Source: a virus
Virus record (IMG/VR): IMGVR_UViG_3300042452_000786
Coordinates: 1-64,000 of that record
Length of the DNA: 64,000 nt
Reading direction: 5' to 3' (one strand)
In this document: positions 47,312-57,298 of the stretch, one piece after another
Position numbering within the stretch: the stretch's first letter is position 1
How the letters are laid out: each line of letters opens with the position of its first letter
Translations under genes and position numbers: made by a program
The notes under the pieces: model-generated
Databases searched by the model: none
The model's input: only the letters and a program-made list of their open reading frames with translations
What the model was told of the DNA's origin: nothing

Positions 47312-47384
47312 GCTGGATTAGCTCAGTGGTCAGAGCACTCGCCTTGTAAGCGAGGGGCCGTCAGTTCAAATCTGACATTCAGCT
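47312..47384 (+). tRNA. trnT: tRNA-Thr(UGU)
   Basis: Acceptor GCTGGAT/ATTCAGC, anticodon arm CTCGC-CTTGTAA-GCGAG, TTCAAAT T-loop. Confidence 0.93.
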
Positions 47385-47611
47385 TAATCAATCAAAGCGG
47401 AGATGTCGTTGCAATCTTCCGCTGGGTCATATTCAGCATCCTCTAGTAGCTTCAGTAAGAAGTAGTGGAGTTTGTCTGTAACCCAGCGTAAATCTTCATC
47501 GCTGACATTGCAAACGATGGCATTAAGACGAATTTCGCGGGAGGGTTCACGAATGTAATCAGCGATTAGCTCAAGCGCTCGATAACGACCTTTCGTAAAC
47601 TCTCCCAACAC
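47384..47611 (-). CDS. hypothetical protein
   Basis: GAGG Shine-Dalgarno. Confidence 0.5.
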   Translation of the reverse strand: MLGEFTKGRYRALELIADYIREPSREIRLNAIVCNVSDEDLRWVTDKLHYFLLKLLEDAEYDPAEDCNDISALID

Positions 47612-47612
47612 C

Positions 47613-47816
47613 TCAAAGAACCTCGCTGATTGCTTCTGCTTCGTTCATTTTTTGTTCCTCTTTCTGGAAAATTTCCAGCAGCTCCAAAGCACCTTGAACT
47701 TTTAAGTACCCTTCTTTAAGAGCAAAAACATTAGTTTCGGCTTGGCGAATTTGGTTGGCAAGGTCAGCCAGTTGCTCTTTGAGCTTGGGACCCATTTCTT
47801 TGATGATTGCTTCCAT
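47613..47816 (-). CDS. small coiled-coil protein
   Basis: LKVQGALELLE motif common in phage peptides. Confidence 0.6.
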   Translation of the reverse strand: MEAIIKEMGPKLKEQLADLANQIRQAETNVFALKEGYLKVQGALELLEIFQKEEQKMNEAEAISEVL

Positions 47817-47820
47817 GAGA

Positions 47821-49080
47821 TCAAAGTTTTTTAAAGTTTAACCAACACCAGCCACTTCCGCCACCCTCAACAAAAAACCTGGGGTCAGTGTTCTTGAAAC
47901 TGTAACGAACATTTTTTCCAGCTTCTGCGCCGGTCTTTGCCCAGCCTCCGTTAACGAGATCAAGCTCTCCATACGGGTCCTGTACCAGCCAGTATCCATC
48001 CCCATATCCAGAAATAACCACGAAGTGACCACTACCAGAAGGATCAGATACAGCTCCATGATGAAGAATACCGGCAACAACAGGTTTGCCTTTGTCGATC
48101 TGATCTTTGACATCTTGCTCATCTGCTGTCTGCGTGAATTTAGCATCAACGTTTAATTCTTTCAAGGCACAGATATGTGGGTAACGCGCTGGACTATCAC
48201 CGTACTTATTGACAATCTTTAAGTAATCTATATCGTCATTAATACCAGGCACGTCTAAGTACTTTAAGCACATAGCAATGCTGCTGGATTGGCATTGGCG
48301 CCAGCCTTGAGGACCGTTATCAACTTGATAAAAGTAAGGGAAGTTGCGCAGGTAACGAAGATCACCTGTAGTCGCATACGGCTTGACTTCTGTTGTTGTT
48401 ACAAGTCCCTCCCAATGTTCATCAAACACCCACCACTTACCGAGGCCAAAGCCTAATTCAAGAAGCGTGTGTTTATCTTTTTTATCAAGAACCTTACAGT
48501 TTCGAATTGTACGTTTTGCAACAACTGAAGACTTTTCATCATTGCTTAATTCCGATGAAGGAATAGGACGTTTTTTGAACCAGGTTTTTGTGTTGCTGGT
48601 AATCTCAACTGTTCCTGTTTTTAACTCGGGAGCAGCAGAACAAAAAACTTCAACTTCTTGAGTTCGTCTACGACTCAAACCTTCTAAAATTTTTCCATCT
48701 CCTTTGTTCCAGCGGGGCAGCTCTTCTTTGGCTACTGTGTTTGGGTCTTCTCCAGCATTTAGGCGCTTAAGTAGAGTGGATTGACCAAGGGCACCGGCCC
48801 CGACGTTAAAACAAAAAGAAACAAGAGCATCAAACTGATGCTGATTAATCGGCACCTTAACAAGGTTCTCTACTGCTTTTTCTGTGCTGGCAAGATCAGC
48901 CTTCAATAAAATTTCTGCATGCGCCGACGTAATCTGCGTATTTGGTTTAACGTCTGGACCTGTGTGACCGTAACCTACAGTCCAAATCCCTACGGCATCT
49001 TTATAGGAGACGCAACGTAAACCTTCAAAAGCTTTAATTAGTTCGATTCCAGCTTTAGATGTTTTCATTAACGCAGTCAA
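47821..49080 (-). CDS. modular endolysin: GH24 lysozyme + C39-like peptidase
   Basis: FEG..D..G.WTVGYGHT; C-terminal QCQSSS, GHFVV, QDPYG. Confidence 0.9.
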   Translation of the reverse strand: MTALMKTSKAGIELIKAFEGLRCVSYKDAVGIWTVGYGHTGPDVKPNTQITSAHAEILLKADLASTEKAVENLVKVPINQHQFDALVSFCFNVGAGALGQSTLLKRLNAGEDPNTVAKEELPRWNKGDGKILEGLSRRRTQEVEVFCSAAPELKTGTVEITSNTKTWFKKRPIPSSELSNDEKSSVVAKRTIRNCKVLDKKDKHTLLELGFGLGKWWVFDEHWEGLVTTTEVKPYATTGDLRYLRNFPYFYQVDNGPQGWRQCQSSSIAMCLKYLDVPGINDDIDYLKIVNKYGDSPARYPHICALKELNVDAKFTQTADEQDVKDQIDKGKPVVAGILHHGAVSDPSGSGHFVVISGYGDGYWLVQDPYGELDLVNGGWAKTGAEAGKNVRYSFKNTDPRFFVEGGGSGWCWLNFKKL

Positions 49081-49102
49081 CTCAACTTACATCTTAATTG
49101 AT

Positions 49103-51568
49103 TCAAGCCGTCTCCAGTGCGGTAACTTTGTTTTCTAAAGTTTCAATGCGATCCACTGCTTCTTGAAGTGCTTTAATGGCCATCCAATACATTTGTTGTT
49201 CTTTAACGCCGAGTTGATCAGGTTGGCTTTGTGTTGCTTTTTGGAATACTGTAATAACTTCCGGAGAAATTTCAGCAACCTGCTGAGCAATAACACCAAA
49301 ATTTAAATCACTTTCATTTGACTGATCTTTGTACTGATAGCTGACAATTTCCCACTGCTTTAAATGCTCCCACGTACTGTTTGCAGGTAAAATATTTTTT
49401 TTAAGATTGATGTCAGAAAGATTGACGTTATTTGCTTGAAAATTTGCAATGCCGCCGTTAGATCGAATTGCAGCTCTTGTTGCTGCGTTATCTGTGCATA
49501 ACAGAAAATCATTAACATTTCCGTTTGGAGCAGCGTTGTCATAAGCAATTAACAACCCATTACAATTTGACGCAGTACTGTCTACATTGCGAAAGGCGCA
49601 TCGATGGGAACCTTGCCAACAAAACTCGTGCGTTCCAATTGGAGCTACGCTTGTACCAAGTGCTAATGTCCCAATGCCAGTCAATCGCATGCGTTCAACA
49701 CTTGTAGTTCCAAAAACAAGTGGTGTTGCACCGTTTGTAAGAATTAAACCAGTGCTTGTATTCTGGAACGTTAAAACTCCAAGGTTTGCGTTTGCTTGTC
49801 CACCAGTTGTGCCAGTTGCAGTTGATCCATACTGTGAGATCGCAGTGCCAATAAATGTAGATCCTGATGTGTAATTTTGTACCTGGGCTTCAATGCGTGC
49901 TTCACCACCATTAGTCGCATTACGGCAAACAATACGATTACCGTCACCAATAACTTCAAATTTGTTTTCAGGACTACTCGTCCCAATTCCCACGCGGCCG
50001 GAGCTGTCGATGCGGAGGCGTTCCGTAGGACTAGCAGCGCCGTCGGCCGTAGTGGAGAACACTAGGCGGCCCGGCATGTCATTACTGCCAGGCGTTGCAT
50101 CTACCCCCGCTACAATACTGGCTCCTGGAGTATCAAGGTCGGTGCCATCTGCACCGCAGAAGTAAATTTCTCCTAGTGTATCGCCGTTTTGAACAATAGT
50201 ACTAGAGCCGTTAACACTACCACGGGATTTGCCCAGCATGAGCAAAGGGCCGGCTGTGCTCGCATTGTTGAGAATTATGTTTACACCTGATGATGCGTAA
50301 CCTGTGCCTTCTGTTTGAAGAACCCCTGTTTGGCCATAAAGACTACGTGCCGTACTCGATCCCACCAGCAGCTTGCCGGAGCTGTCGATGCGGAGACGCT
50401 CAGCATTCACTGTCCAGAGTGTTAATGCATTACTTTGATAACCTATGTATCCATTTGGGTCGACACTGTTAACAAAACGTAGATATAAATCCGCGTTAGA
50501 CGTTTGAAATGTTGCGGGCGTAATTGCGCTACCAGAAACGTGCAAAGATGTGCTAGGACTACTAGTCCCAATCCCCACGCGGCCGGTGCTGTCGATGCGC
50601 ATGGCCTCGAGCATCGTGCCGCCTGCATTATTAACTGAAAATTGCAAATAACCAGCATAGTTGGCTGATGTGGCATTTACTTTGCGGCCTGCTATTTGTC
50701 CAAAAGCGCTTGAGCCACCTCCGGTCTGGCTGACCCCACCTAGGCTGATTGCACCACCAGTGTCGGCAGCGAGTGCGCTGGATGTCCAAACACGGAGGGC
50801 ATTAGATCCGCCGCCGTTGTCGTTGATGGGGCTGGTAGCAAATCTGAGATCGAGCAGGCTTCCTGGGCTGCTTGTTCCGATGCCTACGTTGCCGGAACTG
50901 TCGATGCGGAGACGTTCGGTTGTACCGTCTGCAGTTCTAAACCGATGCTGGTTACTGTCAAAAACAGCTAAATTGGCAAGCGTTGGGTGCGAACCACCGT
51001 ACAATTCAATGTTTGCGCCGTTTCCTGCGCCACCGAATATGGTTAAGTTTCCTGTACTGTTAGAACAATCAATAATTCGACTACCACGTATATTTACTCC
51101 AGCAACATCAACAGTTAGTGATGATGTGTCAAATGTGACTGTTTTTGTTCCATTAGAAGTAAAACCAGCAGACCCTGAAGAAAGACGGTAAAAACCTGTA
51201 TCCGTATCTTGATCAAATGTAATAGAGGGAACAGTTGCAGTGCCGTCAGGGAAATTTGCTCCAACGTTGATGTAATCTGCTCCCGCTAAAATAATGCCGA
51301 AAAACGTGGCTCCTCCAGCTGGAGCATTTTTAAATACAATGTCTGTTCCTACAAGCCTAAAACCTTCTGTTGCGGTGTCGTCGGGACGCAAAACAACGCC
51401 GTTAACAGAAATCAAGCATTGTTGTGGGTTAATAGGAAACGGTACTGGAGAAGCTCCGCCGACCCTAAGTGGAAATGTTGTTGTGACTCCGTTAAAAGAA
51501 GCCCGAATATCATCAATGTTTAAGTAGCTGCTATAGGCTGCTTGAAGATTGTTACCAAGATAGGCCAC
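49103..51568 (-). CDS. tail fibre with C-terminal peptidase S74 intramolecular chaperone
   Basis: ERLRIDSSG.VGIGTSSP repeats; SDINLKKNI...GVIAQ...IKALQE. Confidence 0.88.
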   Translation of the reverse strand: MAYLGNNLQAAYSSYLNIDDIRASFNGVTTTFPLRVGGASPVPFPINPQQCLISVNGVVLRPDDTATEGFRLVGTDIVFKNAPAGGATFFGIILAGADYINVGANFPDGTATVPSITFDQDTDTGFYRLSSGSAGFTSNGTKTVTFDTSSLTVDVAGVNIRGSRIIDCSNSTGNLTIFGGAGNGANIELYGGSHPTLANLAVFDSNQHRFRTADGTTERLRIDSSGNVGIGTSSPGSLLDLRFATSPINDNGGGSNALRVWTSSALAADTGGAISLGGVSQTGGGSSAFGQIAGRKVNATSANYAGYLQFSVNNAGGTMLEAMRIDSTGRVGIGTSSPSTSLHVSGSAITPATFQTSNADLYLRFVNSVDPNGYIGYQSNALTLWTVNAERLRIDSSGKLLVGSSTARSLYGQTGVLQTEGTGYASSGVNIILNNASTAGPLLMLGKSRGSVNGSSTIVQNGDTLGEIYFCGADGTDLDTPGASIVAGVDATPGSNDMPGRLVFSTTADGAASPTERLRIDSSGRVGIGTSSPENKFEVIGDGNRIVCRNATNGGEARIEAQVQNYTSGSTFIGTAISQYGSTATGTTGGQANANLGVLTFQNTSTGLILTNGATPLVFGTTSVERMRLTGIGTLALGTSVAPIGTHEFCWQGSHRCAFRNVDSTASNCNGLLIAYDNAAPNGNVNDFLLCTDNAATRAAIRSNGGIANFQANNVNLSDINLKKNILPANSTWEHLKQWEIVSYQYKDQSNESDLNFGVIAQQVAEISPEVITVFQKATQSQPDQLGVKEQQMYWMAIKALQEAVDRIETLENKVTALETA

Positions 51569-51624
51569 GTTTTTGAGTCACACTTATTGTTCTATTGTAT
51601 TTGTGGTTGACGCAGGTCGCCGTG

Positions 51625-51969
51625 TTATGGCGTTTGCTCTAGATAGCTTACAGAAATATCCAGGGCACTTGAAGTATCCGCACGTGCTCGCAGGATGTCA
51701 TTTGAACTCAAGATAATTTTGTTACCGTTGATTAATTCAAGGGTAGAGCCGCCAGGAATAGGTGCGTTACGGATTAAGTAAACGTCGTCTCCGGTGCTTG
51801 TTACTAGATAAACATCTGCACTAGCACTTGATCCAACCTTATTGGAAATAAGAACGCTAAGAACTATAGACGTTGCTGTGGAGCCAATTGACAAAACGTT
51901 TGTTGTTGAGTTGCTTACCGCATCAGTAACCAAACTGGATTTGGTAGCCATTTTAAAAATATTGGCCAT
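51625..51969 (-). CDS. small virion structural protein
   Basis: MANIFK...GNKIIL...D.L.A, common phage family. Confidence 0.65.
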   Translation of the reverse strand: MANIFKMATKSSLVTDAVSNSTTNVLSIGSTATSIVLSVLISNKVGSSASADVYLVTSTGDDVYLIRNAPIPGGSTLELINGNKIILSSNDILRARADTSSALDISVSYLEQTP

Positions 51970-51970
51970 A

Positions 51971-52375
51971 TTAGCTCAGAGCAACTATAAGCGCAAGGTT
52001 ATCGGAAGAACTAAATCCTCCGGTTACAGAAAGATTTCCTGCGATAGATACATTACCTGGGATAGTAATTGCACCAGCCGCATCTGCTGTAAGTCTAGCA
52101 ACTCCCCCAGTTACAATTGCAAATTGATCCGTGCCGGGGGAAATAAAACCTGTGTTCGGATCTCCAAAGAACTTTAACGCACAATTGCTTAAAGATCCTG
52201 GAAACAATGCAGAGTTGTTTCCATTTTCAAGCATAAGCGGATATCCGCCAGCTTGTGTACCGTCGTGAACAACGCAAACATGTTTTGTTGTATCGACAGT
52301 AACTTCACCGACAACACCAGTAAAATTGCTGGTTTCAGCTGTAGTGCCGCGTCGAAACTGTACTTGTGTTGCCAT
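51971..52375 (-). CDS. Mtd-N / hyaluronidase-like fibre N-terminal domain protein
   Basis: QVQFRRGTTAE...GEVTVDT...VHDG..AGG. Confidence 0.75.
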   Translation of the reverse strand: MATQVQFRRGTTAETSNFTGVVGEVTVDTTKHVCVVHDGTQAGGYPLMLENGNNSALFPGSLSNCALKFFGDPNTGFISPGTDQFAIVTGGVARLTADAAGAITIPGNVSIAGNLSVTGGFSSSDNLALIVALS

Positions 52376-52475
52376 TTTAGAACTTTAAACCGGGCGCACC
52401 GGTAGCCGCAAACTACTTCTGAAATTCATTATAGGTTGTTAAACACTTTAGAATAGGAGAAAAAGCAAGCTTCGC

Positions 52476-52727
52476 GTGGCACCTGACACAATTATTGCAA
52501 TCTTATCTGGTATCGCAGGTGCGGTCACTGGTTTTTCTAAGGCGTTGTCAAATTTTAATCAAAAAATCAATTCAAGGTTTGAGTCAATTGAGAAAGATTT
52601 GGACAGGCTTGAAGAGCGTGTTCTTCACGATTACGTTTTAAAAGAAGACTTTCTACGCGAAATTGAAGCCGTCCATAACAAGCTTGACAGAATTTTAGAC
52701 TATCTCCTCAGTTTAAATAAAAACTGA
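52476..52727 (+). CDS. TM plus coiled-coil small protein (holin-like?)
   Basis: N-terminal hydrophobic helix; YVLKEDF coiled coil. Confidence 0.55.
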   Translation: MAPDTIIAILSGIAGAVTGFSKALSNFNQKINSRFESIEKDLDRLEERVLHDYVLKEDFLREIEAVHNKLDRILDYLLSLNKN

Positions 52728-53153
52728 CTACACAGCCAACCAAGAAACTGTTGTGGAATTGTACATGAATAAACCAGGAACTAAATTGTCGTAGTGTAGC
52801 TGACCATCAATAGGATTTGCAGGCTTGCCATTACCCCTGGAAGCAACAGCTTTTGGAGTTTGCCAGCTAGTCCCATCAAATAATTTATGGATGTAAGTAC
52901 TAGATGTGTCTAACCAAGATTCACCTTTTGAAAATGAAACAAATCCTGCCGCTGGCGTATTGGGTGCAGTTGCACCAATGTAAGTAGGGCCAACTTTAAT
53001 GAGCCCTGTTGAAGGCGAAGAAGTACTATCAGCGAAGAACAAACCTGGATCGCCAGAGTTGTAATTAATTGCAACTTCACCAGTACCTAATCTGATTGGG
53101 TAAGGGCGATCATAAAGAACATTAGAACGACGACCGAGAACTTGAATAGCCAT
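52728..53153 (-). CDS. tail fibre-like small protein
   Basis: GEVAINY...GLFF, GESWLDT, GQLHYD. Confidence 0.65.
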   Translation of the reverse strand: MAIQVLGRRSNVLYDRPYPIRLGTGEVAINYNSGDPGLFFADSTSSPSTGLIKVGPTYIGATAPNTPAAGFVSFSKGESWLDTSSTYIHKLFDGTSWQTPKAVASRGNGKPANPIDGQLHYDNLVPGLFMYNSTTVSWLAV

Positions 53154-53155
53154 AA

Positions 53156-55456
53156 TCAAACGTTAATGTACAATCCGGCATCAACCACTGCATCCTGATC
53201 GGTCAGCGGTGAGTAGGTGCTACAGTCAATTGTACTTGTAGAAGAAGCAGGGTCAACAGGATCCCCGTTTAAGTAAGAACCACTATCAACAAGACCTGAC
53301 TCAAAATTTTGATTGTAGTTGATTAAAGGTTGATTAAGCGTTCCAAATTTAATATCGTTTATAAGGGTAGGATCTACATTTAAAAGCTTGCTAAGCATTG
53401 AAATCATACGGTTTGTTGTATTTAAAGGTTTACCACTGCGGTCTAATTGATTAGTGTAATCTTTTCGAATGTTGTCAGTTACCAACATAGTCAAAAGCTG
53501 CGGATCGTAATTTGCAACTTGTTGTGGTTGATTGTAATCACCAATAATAGGTTTGTTTCCGGACCACGGCATTCCTTTTTGTACAAGCATTAATCTTTCT
53601 GCTGCTTGTTTTAACTTCTCATTCTCTTTATCAAAGTTACGATAAAAAGTATCTAGATCGTCGCCAATAGGTTTATCACTTGGCTCAAGCAACCAGTTTG
53701 AAACATATTCATGTTCTCTTAAATTATTGACAGTGCAATAACCGCTAGTTGCATTGGAAAATGGGTAAACAATTACAAAACTGTCTTTGTTTAGAACACT
53801 TGTAATTGTGTACTCGCCTGATATAGCAGAGCCGCTTGTAAAATCAAGTTGAATTTTAGTGTTTGCTTCTAAGCCGTGATCTGATGCATAAACTGTAACG
53901 TTTGGACCGGTCTGAATATAACGTGCAGTTAAATCAATCTCCTGGTTTCCTTCATTGTGTTGAAGAGAAAACATTGCTGCATAAATGTGTTTGCACCAGC
54001 GCAACTGATAGTACATCAAGTTAGGATACGAGGTGCCTGCTTTATCTTTGTAATTTGGAAGTTGATAAAAATTGTTAATTGAAATATAACCTAAATCAGA
54101 AAAACTACCTGGAATGTCTCGGGTATCGGTGATTGTGCCGTCTTTATTTTGGGTTTGACCTGGTTTTGTAGACGTAATTGCAGTTACAGGAAATTTTCTA
54201 GCCTGTACTTCTTTGTACAAGTTATAACCAGAGCGACGAATGTAGTCTTGACAGCCGCACTGCCAACGTAATTCAGTTGTTAAAAACCTACCAACAGCAA
54301 AACCTCTGTGGGCTGGGACAATTGTTTCTGTAATACCGTTTGCAGTTCTTGCTCCATAGCTGTCGTCTCTTTGGAAAATAATTTCACTTGTTGTTACATC
54401 TACACCTGTAACGGTATATCCTACATAGTCATCGTACCTGTAACCGGGGATTAATCTGTTTAACGTCAAGTTACCAGAAGTACTGCCGCTATCAATTGTT
54501 GAAAAAGTAAGTTGAGTTGGCGTTATTACTGTAATCTCATATTGCCCAGAAGAAACAACTCCTCCAGTAATAGAAACAAAAACTTTATTTCCAGTTGACA
54601 ACCCGTGCTGTGAAGAACAATTTACAGTAACAATTGAACCGGTTCTGGAGTAAGTTGAAATTACTCCTGGATCACGTTCTACAATTCGATCGGCAAGCCG
54701 TTCTCCTGCAAAAAGAAGGGCTGGCGTAGGCAAAAAACGAAGTTGTACTCTAGTTGAAACCCAACGAGTATCGTTAAATGTTGTTGAAAGGTAGTATTTT
54801 ACAGTTCCACTTGTTGTTAGTGGAGAAGCCGAAGTCACCGTAAAAGTGTTTTGCGTTTTACTTACAACAGGAAGTGTTACGTCTAATGCGCCACCAGATT
54901 GAAAATCAAGATAAACGTTTTCACCAACCAAAAACCCATGGTCACTTTTGGTTACTGTTATGGAAGTACCTACTTGAGCGTAGCTTGCGTTTATAACTTC
55001 TCCGAGATAACGAACAGCAAGAATAGGTAAACCAAATTTGTAAAAACTAAATGAGTTGGTATCTCGCATACCAACAAACTGCCCGCCTGTTTCTTGATTT
55101 ATTGACGGAAAAGTAAATACACGCGCAGGGATAAATTCTCCAGGGTACTGTTGATATGCACAGTACACTCTGTAATCTCCTCTGGATTTTCGTTCTGATG
55201 CAGAAGAACCTAAAACACTTTGGGTTATTGCGTATAACTCGTAACCGCGTCTCCATCTGGCCCAAAGAGAATCTTGATCGTAGTACTTAATTCGACTACG
55301 AACTTCATCTTTATCCGGCGTAAACTTAAACGGGTTTGCATCTAATGAATATGCAGGTGATTTCCGAAACTGTTTTGGATCTTCAAAACCACCAAAAGAC
55401 TTTCCGTTGAAATTTAATTTAGCTGGATTTTTGAATCCGCTAGAATTAAAGGGCAT
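53156..55456 (-). CDS. large protein with HGxxxG beta-repeats and a split SWIM-like CxC...CxH motif
   Basis: WQCGCQDY...WCKHIYA; three DHG/QHG repeats. Confidence 0.7.
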   Translation of the reverse strand: MPFNSSGFKNPAKLNFNGKSFGGFEDPKQFRKSPAYSLDANPFKFTPDKDEVRSRIKYYDQDSLWARWRRGYELYAITQSVLGSSASERKSRGDYRVYCAYQQYPGEFIPARVFTFPSINQETGGQFVGMRDTNSFSFYKFGLPILAVRYLGEVINASYAQVGTSITVTKSDHGFLVGENVYLDFQSGGALDVTLPVVSKTQNTFTVTSASPLTTSGTVKYYLSTTFNDTRWVSTRVQLRFLPTPALLFAGERLADRIVERDPGVISTYSRTGSIVTVNCSSQHGLSTGNKVFVSITGGVVSSGQYEITVITPTQLTFSTIDSGSTSGNLTLNRLIPGYRYDDYVGYTVTGVDVTTSEIIFQRDDSYGARTANGITETIVPAHRGFAVGRFLTTELRWQCGCQDYIRRSGYNLYKEVQARKFPVTAITSTKPGQTQNKDGTITDTRDIPGSFSDLGYISINNFYQLPNYKDKAGTSYPNLMYYQLRWCKHIYAAMFSLQHNEGNQEIDLTARYIQTGPNVTVYASDHGLEANTKIQLDFTSGSAISGEYTITSVLNKDSFVIVYPFSNATSGYCTVNNLREHEYVSNWLLEPSDKPIGDDLDTFYRNFDKENEKLKQAAERLMLVQKGMPWSGNKPIIGDYNQPQQVANYDPQLLTMLVTDNIRKDYTNQLDRSGKPLNTTNRMISMLSKLLNVDPTLINDIKFGTLNQPLINYNQNFESGLVDSGSYLNGDPVDPASSTSTIDCSTYSPLTDQDAVVDAGLYINV

Positions 55457-55465
55457 TGTCTTGCA

Positions 55466-56257
55466 TCAATAGTATCCGCCTTGGACACCTACATAGAAAC
55501 CATTAGTTAGCGCAGTGGGACCGCTTACTGCTGCATAAAGAGCTTGTCCACGTTGCAACATTAAACCACGAATTTTAGGCGATGTCAGGCTGTTTGTACT
55601 TGTAAAGTTTGCGCCAGCCTGAGGAACTGGGTGGTTAATGAGAGGAAGAACGTTATTAGAGCTGAGGCTAAAAAACTGGTTATCGTAAGTTGCGGGGATG
55701 CTAGCAACAAATAAAGGAAAGAACTGGTTTGTATTTGTAAGAGTTGCTGCGTTAACAAGATAGAAACAAAAGTCAAGTGGCAGGTAAGCATTGACATTAC
55801 CGGTAATTGGTCCTGAGACAGAGGCCGCTGTTGTGCCGGTAAAGGTTGTTAGAGTTACGGAAGTAACTGTAATAATTTCATCTGCTGGTAAGCTGCCAGA
55901 GCTGTAGCTGGTGTAATCCAGAACAACTTTTTGTCCAATCTGCGCGTTGTGACCAGCTGCAATTGTTACGGTAACTGTTGTTCCATTTGCAGAGTAAGTT
56001 CCCGTTGTTGGGGACTGCGCGTCAATAGCTGTGTTATTTCGTTTTGCGTATTGAAACCAAATTTCGTCAATGTATGCGCCACTGACAGATGTATCAGTTA
56101 GAGAGGAATCAACATCAAAAATTTTTGTAGCGTTGCCAACAGATGTCGGCACCAGTGTGGTAGAAAATGTTTGGCCCGAAGCAACAGTGACAAGAGTGCT
56201 TGTAGTTGCTGGACGATCAACCAGCATTGGTTGTTTATTTGAACTAGAAGACGACAC
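55466..56257 (-). CDS. putative virion structural protein
   Basis: NKQPMLVDRP N-terminus, ends GGYY. Confidence 0.65.
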   Translation of the reverse strand: MSSSSSNKQPMLVDRPATTSTLVTVASGQTFSTTLVPTSVGNATKIFDVDSSLTDTSVSGAYIDEIWFQYAKRNNTAIDAQSPTTGTYSANGTTVTVTIAAGHNAQIGQKVVLDYTSYSSGSLPADEIITVTSVTLTTFTGTTAASVSGPITGNVNAYLPLDFCFYLVNAATLTNTNQFFPLFVASIPATYDNQFFSLSSNNVLPLINHPVPQAGANFTSTNSLTSPKIRGLMLQRGQALYAAVSGPTALTNGFYVGVQGGYY

Positions 56258-56311
56258 TGCGTTTTACGTTTCTGATTTTTAGATTCTAGTCTAGGTCAAC
56301 AGTTATGGCAT

Positions 56312-56626
56312 TCAGTAGAGAAAGGGAACCCTGATTTCTGCTCTTCCTACATCAGGCAACGGCTCTGTGGATGGCGTACCAGTTGAGTTTATGAACGCTT
56401 GAAGGGCTTCTCCTGCCATACGCGCTTTACGAGGAGCGCCGGTCATTCCAGGCCCTGTACTGGTTGCAGATGGACGTTCGTAGGGAGGAGCGTTGCGGTT
56501 CAGTCCCAGGGTGTAGCCAAGTTTAAAGTCGCCTGGCCTTGCCACGGGAGGCTCATTTTTCCTACCCCAATCGTCTGGATGCTCCGTAGGCTGCACAAAA
56601 CGATTAAAGCTGCTAAGACGTCGCAT
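56312..56626 (-). CDS. hypothetical disordered protein
   Basis: Directly follows the M23 gene. Confidence 0.5.
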   Translation of the reverse strand: MRRLSSFNRFVQPTEHPDDWGRKNEPPVARPGDFKLGYTLGLNRNAPPYERPSATSTGPGMTGAPRKARMAGEALQAFINSTGTPSTEPLPDVGRAEIRVPFLY

Positions 56627-57298
56627 CTATCCCAACCCAAATGAGGAATACACGTTGGAAGGAGCAGCAGCTGATGTCAGCATTTTATAGATGGAGTTAG
56701 CTGAAAGAGGCGACTCTTTTTGTTGCTGAAGGTTTTCTTCAATAAAAGAAGTAAGGTAGTCTTTAGAAGATTTTTGTTTTTTTGGTTGAACGTAGAAGTT
56801 GTATGTAACGTTTGTACCAAAAGCGTCAGTTAATTGAGTTTGAGGTTGCGGTTGAACAGTTGTTTGCTGTGTGGGTTGAAGCTGAGTTTCTTTTCCTCCT
56901 TTGGTGTGAAGAAGACGAACTTCGTATCCTTCTGGGGTTGTAATGCTTCCGTACCCTTTGCCAGGTTTAAAAGTTCCTGGGCCCTCCCAGAACAGCTGCT
57001 CTCCTCCTGCAATACCGTAATCAATGCCCTTGTGGTCTGTTGATGCACCAGCCGTAGGAGCGACCCTAGGGCCGTAACCAGAAGTAATTGCAAATCCCGG
57101 AGACCACTTGTCTCCTTGTTGCCGATAGAGCGGTGTACGAGCAGATCCAATTTTTAAACGTTGTAAACCTGAGCGCCAAGTAGATGGATCAATATACTGA
57201 CCGTCTTTAAGAACACGAACATCGAGATGTGGGCCAGTAGAAGGGAGAACGTCTTCTCCGCTTTTTGCTACATATCCGACGTGCATGCTGTTGGTCAT
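56627..57298 (-). CDS. circularly permuted M23 (LytM-like) peptidase
   Basis: STGPHLD..IDP precedes ITSGYGPR...HKGID...GYG...LLH. Confidence 0.75.
   Translation of the reverse strand: MTNSMHVGYVAKSGEDVLPSTGPHLDVRVLKDGQYIDPSTWRSGLQRLKIGSARTPLYRQQGDKWSPGFAITSGYGPRVAPTAGASTDHKGIDYGIAGGEQLFWEGPGTFKPGKGYGSITTPEGYEVRLLHTKGGKETQLQPTQQTTVQPQPQTQLTDAFGTNVTYNFYVQPKKQKSSKDYLTSFIEENLQQQKESPLSANSIYKMLTSAAAPSNVYSSFGLG

Noticed and set aside
37879-52375. Diversity-generating retroelement suggested by the Mtd-N-like gene and repeats
   Set aside because: No reverse transcriptase and no adenine-specific TR/VR pair seen in the window
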